This document shows positions 56,650-64,000 of a DNA stretch of 64,000 nucleotides, one piece after another. Positions within the stretch are counted from its first letter, which is position 1. Every line of letters begins with the position of its first letter. The DNA lies in contig OY970332.1 in the NCBI GenBank assembly GCA_963717435.1, forward strand, positions 736,001 through 800,000, given 5' to 3'. The stretch comes from an uncultured bacterium (lineage in GTDB: Bacteria > Babelota > Babeliae > Babelales > Babelaceae). The notes below the pieces were generated by a model. That model had not been told where the DNA came from, made no database searches, and saw only the letters and a program-made list of their open reading frames with translations. The position numbers and the translations under genes are program-made.

Positions 56650-58674
56650 ATGAAAAAGATATTGTTACTGCTGATTGTTCAGATTTTTGCTGTGTCGATT
56701 AATGCTATGGAGTCTGCGCAGAAGAAGATAGATTATCAGGCTTTTTTTGATGATATGAACAAAGAAGCGGATCGGCTTTTTGGTCTAACAACAGGCGCCA
56801 TAGGAGGCGGAGGGGCCACCGAGGAAAACTTAAAAAAACAAATTGAAGAGTGGTACAAAAAATATATCGAACTGTTTATTAAAGATATAGATACAAAATA
56901 TGCTGTTTTGAGAGATCTGAAACGGGAATTTAGCAACTCAAGCAAATTAGTGCCGGACACAGCTTCTTTGGTTGTGATGGATAAAAGAAAAGATTTCAGT
57001 GCGATTGGCAATATTCTGTCTGGGATATATAGATACGTGAATATAAATCTTGTTGAGTTAATCAAAAATTTGGAAAAAATACGGACAGAAAAAGCCGAGG
57101 ATAAAGATGCTAAGCAGCTCGGTTTGAATGTAACTAAGTTGTTGCAAAAAATTGGGAACAAAACAATTATCGATTACACTTTCGCGCCAAAAGATGCATT
57201 AAAGACAATTGAACATTTTATTAGCGGTATATTCCTGCCACAAGATTATTACACAGCAATTCCTAATGGACAAATTCAGCAGAACAGAAAGAATCTCGAA
57301 GCATTATTTGCCAGACTGGGATATGTAGTTAATTTTAGTGAAAATGGCACTTTATGGGCCAATTTTTCTTTAATTAAGCAGCTTTATATTTCTGCTTTTA
57401 ATGTAATTGAATCTGCTTCAAATGCTATTACCAACCGAGAGCAATTCAGTAAAGTTTATAATAACAAACAATCTTTAAATCAATTCTTGGAAGACGTAAA
57501 TCGTAATCTAAAAGAGAGTGCCAAAGGGGTCGAAAACATAAGCAGTAGTACGCCAGCTGATAAAAATGCTGTGACGATTTTGAAACTGTTGTTGAAGTTA
57601 TATGGACAAATCTTGGAGAAAATTAAACAAGATTTTGATTATAAAGTATTGATTAAAAGAGAGCTTGATTCTGTTAAATCAAAAAAATATGAATTTAATA
57701 ATGCAAATAACAAATCTTTAACAAATATTGAGCAATATATTGGGGCATTTGGACAGACGCAAGACTCTAACTTTAAGACGAACTTATACAAAAATTCTTT
57801 CTTAAAAGAAGGGCTACAAAAAGCGGGAGCGCAGATGGGAAGTTTTATAAAAATTGCAGCGAGTATCGAGAATAAACCGACGGATGACAAGCTTGAAGAA
57901 TTTAAGACATTTGACTCCAATATCAAAGGCCCATTGAAATTCGCCGGAGATCTTATAAAAGAGGTGTCTAATGTGAAAGAAGTTCAAACAGTTATGAAAG
58001 ATTTGCTTGAAGCATATAGAGTGATAGTCGATAAATTTGAAGACAAAATGAAAGATGAACTGAAAATTACGGCATTTGAGAGATTTAAAGAGTTTCTGCC
58101 GGGAGGTAAAAAAGAACCGTCCCAAGCAGAAAATTTGGCCAAACAAAATGCTGCTTATAAAGAGAGCATCGAGCGACAGCTCAAAGCGATAAGCATCGTG
58201 GACAAATTGCTAGATGAAAAACGACTGGAAAAGTTGCAGAAAGAACTTAGTAAAGTTGTTGCAACTGAATTTGGCAAGCAGAAGACTCATGAAGAACAGA
58301 AGGCGTATGGTGAATACAAAAAAGCGCTTGATGAGATTGTTCGATTAATGATAGATCAGTTTGGGCAGATAAGCATATACAAAAGAAAAAGACAAGAAAA
58401 AACTATGGGGCAAAAAATTGATTTTGTAGAAGAGTTGATTAAAGAAACTAATAAACAACTCAAGATGGCTGAAGACCAAGTGAGGACAATATCTCAATCA
58501 GGAGGTGTTAAAACTGGTCTGAAAGATATAATAAAGAAACACAAAGAATTGCGTAATGAATTTGTGGATCAAATGGAAACAGAGTTGGGCATCACGTTTG
58601 CTGCAAGAGCAAAAGAAAAGCTGACTCCAAAAAAGTTATTAGAAGTAGACTATGAGCAATCTGGAGAAGAATAA
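56650..58674 (+). CDS. Secreted helical-repeat protein (4 units)
   Basis: Signal ending INA-MES; GTLWANFSLIKQLYISA segment shared with 54352 gene. Confidence 0.85.
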   Translation: MKKILLLLIVQIFAVSINAMESAQKKIDYQAFFDDMNKEADRLFGLTTGAIGGGGATEENLKKQIEEWYKKYIELFIKDIDTKYAVLRDLKREFSNSSKLVPDTASLVVMDKRKDFSAIGNILSGIYRYVNINLVELIKNLEKIRTEKAEDKDAKQLGLNVTKLLQKIGNKTIIDYTFAPKDALKTIEHFISGIFLPQDYYTAIPNGQIQQNRKNLEALFARLGYVVNFSENGTLWANFSLIKQLYISAFNVIESASNAITNREQFSKVYNNKQSLNQFLEDVNRNLKESAKGVENISSSTPADKNAVTILKLLLKLYGQILEKIKQDFDYKVLIKRELDSVKSKKYEFNNANNKSLTNIEQYIGAFGQTQDSNFKTNLYKNSFLKEGLQKAGAQMGSFIKIAASIENKPTDDKLEEFKTFDSNIKGPLKFAGDLIKEVSNVKEVQTVMKDLLEAYRVIVDKFEDKMKDELKITAFERFKEFLPGGKKEPSQAENLAKQNAAYKESIERQLKAISIVDKLLDEKRLEKLQKELSKVVATEFGKQKTHEEQKAYGEYKKALDEIVRLMIDQFGQISIYKRKRQEKTMGQKIDFVEELIKETNKQLKMAEDQVRTISQSGGVKTGLKDIIKKHKELRNEFVDQMETELGITFAARAKEKLTPKKLLEVDYEQSGEE

Positions 58675-58776
58675 TTTCCTAAAAAATTGTTTGCAAAAAA
58701 TATTGAGTTTTTTTAGAAGTCTTAATTAAGATCAAAGTGGAATTAGAATAATTTAATTTTTGAAGAGGGAAATGTG

Positions 58777-60315
58777 ATGAAAAAGATATTGTTACTGTCG
58801 GCGCTGATTTTGTTGAGTGTATTTAATTTTGTGCCGATTTTTTCAAAATCAAATTTTGGTAGCCCTGATTTACCTGGTATAGCTGATCCCAATTATGCCG
58901 ATGCACTATATAAAGATATCTTGAAGGGCGCAAACCAAACAACATTATTTGGTTTAGAAAAAAAATCTGATCTTTCAAAATGGGATCCCACAAATCGCGC
59001 TTATGTAGATTTCTGGAACGGTGATATTAGGCTGGCAAGTGAATACATAGGGATGAACAAAACAAATTCGACTGTTCCAAAGGACGCAATCTTGGCAAAA
59101 TTGGCCCCAAGAATGATTGCGTTCAATAACAAAATAATTAAAAATTTTCAGGAGATGCGTGAAAAGCCAGCATACGTGGAAGACGGCTTAAAGAGTACTT
59201 ATTTGATCGTCAACAATGAGATCCCAGAAGTTCTTCAAGAATTAGATAAAATTAAAGGCTCAGATCCTGAAGTCAAACAAGCCAAAAAGCTGGCGCTTGA
59301 TATTTTCAAGTTATTGCAAGTTATTGGAAACAAAATTATTGCTGACTATACTTTTGCTCCGGATCAGGTGTTAAAAAAGACCCAAGTTAATATAACTTAT
59401 GTTTTCACCAATGTACCATATTCTCAAAGTGGCATCACTACAGGTCAAAGAGAAGTTTTCGATTACACATTCACAAGATTAGGTTACATAGTTAATTTCA
59501 GTTACAATAAAGAATTTATGCAGAAATTTGCAGGCATTTATGAGCTTTATAATTCTAGCATTGACACGATTAATAAGTTCTCGCAAGCTTTCGTAAAAAA
59601 AGAGCCACTTGTTTTTAACGGTAAATCTTTAAGACAATTTTTAGATGAAAAAGCCGCTAATCTTAAAAATCTTGATAAAGAAGTAAGCAAGCTTCCCACC
59701 AAAACAGCAGCTGACAAAAATGCTGTGACGATTTTAAAGTTATTATTGAAGCTGTATGAGCCGATCTTGAAAAAGATTGAAAAAGATTTTGATTACACGC
59801 CGATTATAAAAAAGCAGCTTTCTGAATTGAAATTCACAGAAAGCTTATCCAATCCCAACGAGCTAACTGCCGCCTTTGGTTCAATTGCTGAATTGAGCAG
59901 TCTTGTGGGTACATTTGCGATCTCAAATAGCACTGATTACAATGAAACATCGTACAACGATTATAATGCAAATCTTTTGGACGGCGTTACAGCTGCAGGC
60001 CATTTGGCTGAGAGCAAAACCGCCTGGAACGACGCGCAGACAAGTGCAAAAATACAAGAATTAGATCGTGTTATCAAGGATATGAACGGGAAGCTTAAGA
60101 CTGCCAAATCAAAAATAGACACGATATCTACATCAAAAGCCGTTAGGTCCTTTCTAAAAGATCTGTTATCAAAGTATGAAGAATTTCGTGATAAATTTGA
60201 GAGTGATATGAAGGAATACTGGAAGATTACTAAGTTAGACAGATTTAAAAACCTATTGCCGGGTGGAAAAAAAGGGGGAGAGTCTGCGTCATCACCAGAG
60301 CCATATGCATACTAG
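58777..60315 (+). CDS. Secreted helical-repeat protein (3 units)
   Basis: 5' end like 54352 gene; unit 2 like 52604/60482 genes. Confidence 0.85.
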   Translation: MKKILLLSALILLSVFNFVPIFSKSNFGSPDLPGIADPNYADALYKDILKGANQTTLFGLEKKSDLSKWDPTNRAYVDFWNGDIRLASEYIGMNKTNSTVPKDAILAKLAPRMIAFNNKIIKNFQEMREKPAYVEDGLKSTYLIVNNEIPEVLQELDKIKGSDPEVKQAKKLALDIFKLLQVIGNKIIADYTFAPDQVLKKTQVNITYVFTNVPYSQSGITTGQREVFDYTFTRLGYIVNFSYNKEFMQKFAGIYELYNSSIDTINKFSQAFVKKEPLVFNGKSLRQFLDEKAANLKNLDKEVSKLPTKTAADKNAVTILKLLLKLYEPILKKIEKDFDYTPIIKKQLSELKFTESLSNPNELTAAFGSIAELSSLVGTFAISNSTDYNETSYNDYNANLLDGVTAAGHLAESKTAWNDAQTSAKIQELDRVIKDMNGKLKTAKSKIDTISTSKAVRSFLKDLLSKYEEFRDKFESDMKEYWKITKLDRFKNLLPGGKKGGESASSPEPYAY

Positions 60316-60350
60316 ATAATAATAAAAAATGTGCTTGAAGCTATAAATTT

Positions 60351-60447
60351 GCAGGGCGCGGGTCGTGATGATACGCGCCCTGTATTGTTTAAAAAAATTG
60401 TTGATTAATTTGTAGTTATTATGGAAAGCTTATTTTTGAATTAAAAA
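60351..60447 (+). repeat. Array intergenic unit 5
   Basis: GCAGGGCGCGGGTC-GTGAT-GATACGCGCCCTGT plus leader. Confidence 0.9.
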
Positions 60448-60481
60448 TATGGTTAAGAATATTTTTGACGAAAGAGTTTTT

Positions 60482-62146
60482 ATGAAGAAAATAAGTTTAT
60501 TGTTGCTTTCTAATTTTATATTTCTCTCTAATTATCTTTTTGCAGATGGGGAAATTAAATCTGTGAAAGATCTTCAAAGTTCGTACGCAAATATGGAAAA
60601 ATTAGCGCAAAATATTTTTTTTGGGTTGTCCGGACAACAGCCGTTAATTAAATTGGGTCCTGATAATGTAGTTTATAAGCAAAATATTGAAATTTGGAAT
60701 GATAATGTCAATAAAGTTATTGATTATATAGAAGAGTTTAAAAACACAAATTTAACTGGCAAAACTGAAATTTTTGAAGGAAAAAATGCAGCTTTAATAA
60801 AACAGTTAAATAAATTACTGTCGCTGAAAGATGTAAGTAAAAATAACGAACTTGGAGAAGCTCTAAGACAAATTTACAACATAGGTAAGATTGAGATGCC
60901 TAGAGATATTTTAGAGTTAGATAAAGTGAAAACACTCTCGAATGAACAAGCTGAAAGCAAAAAGATAGTTATCAAATTATTTAATTTGTTAGCTGAAATT
61001 GGAAACAAAATTATAGCTGACTATACGTTTGGATCGAATCCCGTATTAGAAACGACTCAGGCTGATATTAACAAAGTTTTTATGGAGCCAAAAAATCCAA
61101 GTGAATCTAGAGAGAAAAGAGATATTTTTGATAGCACTTTCATGAGATTGGGATACATAGTTAATTTCAGTGATAATAAAGAATTTATGAATAAATTTGT
61201 AGGTATTTATGCGCTTTATAATTCTACTATTGATGCGATTAATATTTTTAGAGAGCAAAAATCAAGTGAGTCGCGAACAGTGCAGGGCAAAACTTTAAAA
61301 GAGTTTGTTGGCGAAAAGGCTGATAATCTTAAAAATCTTGATAAAGAGGTAAACAAACTTAAAGCAAACACAGCTGCTGACAAAAATGCGCTGGCAATTT
61401 TAAAATTGCTATTGAAGTTATACGGACCAATATTAAATGAGATAAAAGAGACGTTTGCGTCATCAAATATAAATTTTGAGCGGTTAAAAAGTGATATAAA
61501 AAACATATTTGAAAAGAGCTTTGTAACATCAGAAAGTGGTGCAGGCAAAAATTTGATAAAGGGACCGCAAGCCGTTGGCCCTGAACTGGGGTTAGGAGAT
61601 CGAGACTGGCGGGCATGGAGTGAAGTTTTAAAAAATGTTCAAACATTTGTTGTAGATTCAGGATCGCAAGATTTACCTAAATTTGTTGACCCAAGTGAGA
61701 ATGTCTCAATCTGGGCGATAAATAAAAAAATTATGGCTCTTGCCAACGAACTTGCACGCAAACTTAATCCAGACTCTTTTGAAAAGGCAAAGCCGGTTTA
61801 CGGTATTGAAGCTGTTAAGAGTGGGATTGAAGAAGAAAAAAGCGAAATGGCTAAGTTTGATAGGGCTTATATAGTAAATTTCTGGAAAGAATACGGCCCT
61901 AAGTTTAAAGAGATCAGAGAATTGCTTAAAGATTTTGATGAGAATATTGAAGATGTTTGGACATTAAGGCCATCAAGATCTGATGCAAAAAAGATTTTAG
62001 AAACTATGTGGGATAACTTGGAGAGAATGGTTAATAGATTAGAAACTAACGTAGATTCTTTTTTCACTTCTCCAGGGGTGGGGATGGAGCGCGAAAATTA
62101 TGAAACAGCAAAAGGCGATGGCATAGTGGCGGGTGCAAAAAAGTAA
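60482..62146 (+). CDS. Secreted helical-repeat protein (3 units)
   Basis: IGNKIIADYTF, ADKNALAILKLLLKLY; last unit of the 50032/62190 type. Confidence 0.85.
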   Translation: MKKISLLLLSNFIFLSNYLFADGEIKSVKDLQSSYANMEKLAQNIFFGLSGQQPLIKLGPDNVVYKQNIEIWNDNVNKVIDYIEEFKNTNLTGKTEIFEGKNAALIKQLNKLLSLKDVSKNNELGEALRQIYNIGKIEMPRDILELDKVKTLSNEQAESKKIVIKLFNLLAEIGNKIIADYTFGSNPVLETTQADINKVFMEPKNPSESREKRDIFDSTFMRLGYIVNFSDNKEFMNKFVGIYALYNSTIDAINIFREQKSSESRTVQGKTLKEFVGEKADNLKNLDKEVNKLKANTAADKNALAILKLLLKLYGPILNEIKETFASSNINFERLKSDIKNIFEKSFVTSESGAGKNLIKGPQAVGPELGLGDRDWRAWSEVLKNVQTFVVDSGSQDLPKFVDPSENVSIWAINKKIMALANELARKLNPDSFEKAKPVYGIEAVKSGIEEEKSEMAKFDRAYIVNFWKEYGPKFKEIRELLKDFDENIEDVWTLRPSRSDAKKILETMWDNLERMVNRLETNVDSFFTSPGVGMERENYETAKGDGIVAGAKK

Positions 62147-62189
62147 AAATATTTTGAATTAAAAGAGATTAAAAAAGAAAGAGACTTTG

Positions 62190-63107
62190 ATGAAAAAGAT
62201 ATTTTTTATTGCGAGTATATTTACTCTTGGAACAAATTTTGCGGCAGAAAAGAAGCAGGTTTATTCTTTTGAAGAGATCGCCGATCGCGTCTCTCGCGCG
62301 GCGCAATATGCATTTGGAATCTCAGCAGCAGATTTGCCAAAATTGGAAATCAAGAGGGATAGTGGACGCCCTGTAACTTTGTCAGAATTGGAGATTGGCA
62401 AAGATATTAAGAGAGATTTAAGCTTGTGGAAATTGGAGGATAAAACAACTAAGCAACAGAAAAATCGATGGGAAATTGCTCTGCGCGAAGTGAAAGATTT
62501 TGTCGATAATTCAGGAACCAAAGATTTACTTTGCTTTGTTGCTTTGACAGTTAAAGAAACCGAAAAATGTAAGAATGTTGCAACTATTTTTAATGTAAAT
62601 TCAGAAATTTTTGAATCTGATTTGCCCAAGATACTTACGCTTCTTGCTCCGGGGCTATATAGAGAAGAAGAGGGACAACGAAAGACTCTAGAGACCATCA
62701 AAGCATTTATTGTAAATTTGGAAAAAAATGTGTCAGATGCAAAAATAGCTGTAAACAAAGTTTCTACCTATAGGCAGGGAACAACAGACGCGAAAGCTAT
62801 TTTGAATTATGTTTTGGATATTTATTTAATAACTATAGGCAAAATCACTAAAGACATTGCTAATAAAATACAAAATGTCGTTTTGCCACAGATAAATAAG
62901 CCTTCAGAATCACAAAAAAAATTGGATGAATTGAAAAAAAAATTGGGTGAATTGGAAAAAAGACAACAAGCCGCGCAAGCAAAATTGGAACAAGGCCAGA
63001 TTGTGGATGAAGCAGCGATACCTGCTTTGTACAAAGAGATATCTGACGTAAGGAAAGAGATTATTGCTTTGAGAGAAAAATATTCTGCTGGAGCTCCCAA
63101 AAATTAA
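62190..63107 (+). CDS. Secreted helical protein, array member with coiled-coil tail
   Basis: WEIAL.EV..FVDNSGTKDL, DAKAILNYVLDIY...IGKI.KDI. Confidence 0.8.
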   Translation: MKKIFFIASIFTLGTNFAAEKKQVYSFEEIADRVSRAAQYAFGISAADLPKLEIKRDSGRPVTLSELEIGKDIKRDLSLWKLEDKTTKQQKNRWEIALREVKDFVDNSGTKDLLCFVALTVKETEKCKNVATIFNVNSEIFESDLPKILTLLAPGLYREEEGQRKTLETIKAFIVNLEKNVSDAKIAVNKVSTYRQGTTDAKAILNYVLDIYLITIGKITKDIANKIQNVVLPQINKPSESQKKLDELKKKLGELEKRQQAAQAKLEQGQIVDEAAIPALYKEISDVRKEIIALREKYSAGAPKN

Positions 63108-63217
63108 TTTGGTCAGGTTCGTATAGACAAAATTTTGTTTGCGGTGTTATTCTCTTTTTGTTTTTATTAATAAAACATGATAAATAAAACATGAGAAAAT
63201 AAAACGGGAGAAATAGT

Positions 63218-64000
63218 ATGGATTTTTTGTTAATGGCTCTATGTTGCGGGCTGGGTTCAGGAAATGACACGCGAATATATAGAAATAATTTTGATCAGGA
63301 AAAATTGTTTTCGGGCACCCCAAGTCCCGAAGCAGAAAGCCTCTTAAAGAATTTGAATTCGTCTTACAATAAAATAATTGGCAAAAAGCAAAATTTGATA
63401 ACGCAGGTGATTAGTCAGGATGAAAAAACAGAGTGGCAAACATCTCTGGAGTCAGTTGTAAATTTTGTTGAAAAAAGATCTCCGGAATTTGCAACAAAAT
63501 TAGATATCCTCTTTGGCGTCTCTGATTTTATTTTTATTAAACTTGATGATATATACAAAACTGAAATCGTTGATGCAATTATTAACGATAAAGATAAAGC
63601 TGTGGGGCTTAAAGAACTGAATTTATTAAAGATCGATATTAAAAAAATTAATTTTGTTAATATCGAAACTAAATTGAAACATGGCCAAAAAGTATATAAG
63701 ACAATAATGGCAGATTTTAAATCTGCGATTTTAAAATATAACGACAAAGATGCGAAAAACACAAAAAAAGTTCTGTTGGACACCGTATTACTTCTTGAAT
63801 CTGCGTTTGGCAAAATGGATCAATCTGTGTCCAGCCTTAAAAACTTTGTAAACTTTAAAGAGACGATATTAAACCTTAATCCCAAAAGCGTAAAACTGGC
63901 CTATAATCTTATCGGTTATAAAGTTGGTATGAGTAATCTTGGAGTAAATTCAAGCGCTTATGAAATTTTGGGCCTACATGATTGGGAAAAAGATAATATC
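63218..64000 (+). CDS. Partial CDS running off the window: helical unit followed by a possible J-domain start
   Basis: Open frame of 261 codons from ATG 63218 after GGGAG; EWQTSL..V..FV, DAKNTKKVLL, ends SAYEILGLHDWEKDNI. Confidence 0.65.
   Translation, partial: MDFLLMALCCGLGSGNDTRIYRNNFDQEKLFSGTPSPEAESLLKNLNSSYNKIIGKKQNLITQVISQDEKTEWQTSLESVVNFVEKRSPEFATKLDILFGVSDFIFIKLDDIYKTEIVDAIINDKDKAVGLKELNLLKIDIKKINFVNIETKLKHGQKVYKTIMADFKSAILKYNDKDAKNTKKVLLDTVLLLESAFGKMDQSVSSLKNFVNFKETILNLNPKSVKLAYNLIGYKVGMSNLGVNSSAYEILGLHDWEKDNI

Noticed and set aside
50737-60383. Hairpin repeats as a CRISPR array
   Set aside because: Copies are 1.7-3.9 kb apart, separated by whole genes; no 30-40 bp spacers and no cas genes
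49429-63107. Integron cassette array
   Set aside because: No RYYYAAC/GTTRRRY attC cores, no intI in the window, and the genes are paralogs rather than unrelated cargo
1-64000. Alternative genetic code, prophage or IS elements
   Set aside because: Core genes translate fully under code 11 with TGA used as stop; no phage, integrase or transposase motifs seen

Overview
AT-rich bacterial chromosome segment. Gene content and the many orphan signal-peptide proteins suggest a host-associated lineage such as Candidatus Babelota (TM6/Dependentiae); this is inference only. The housekeeping backbone is: rpoC 3' end, tRNA-Val(GAC), rpsO-pnp-rph, holA-like, cdaA-like/cdaR-like/glmM, trpS, uvrD/pcrA, hflX, ffh-rpsP-khpA-trmD-rplS, atpB plus an unusual four-hairpin c subunit, ALDH, folC-like, a type IV pilin, pilD, rbfA and rpsU. 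Four accessory features stand out. (1) A polymorphic toxin-immunity locus with an orphan tip and a second immunity gene (4.5-8.0 kb). (2) A dispersed structured palindromic repeat family with covarying stems and kink-turn/E-loop-like motifs, several copies of which sit in-frame inside glmM, uvrD and a glycosyltransferase. (3) A RelE/HigB-type TA cassette bracketed by a 121-bp duplication of the pilD 3' end. (4) A tandem array of about 10 mosaic, mostly signal-peptide-bearing helical-repeat paralogs (49.4 kb to the window end), five of them preceded by a conserved GC hairpin/leader unit. No CRISPR array, integrase or transposase was found.
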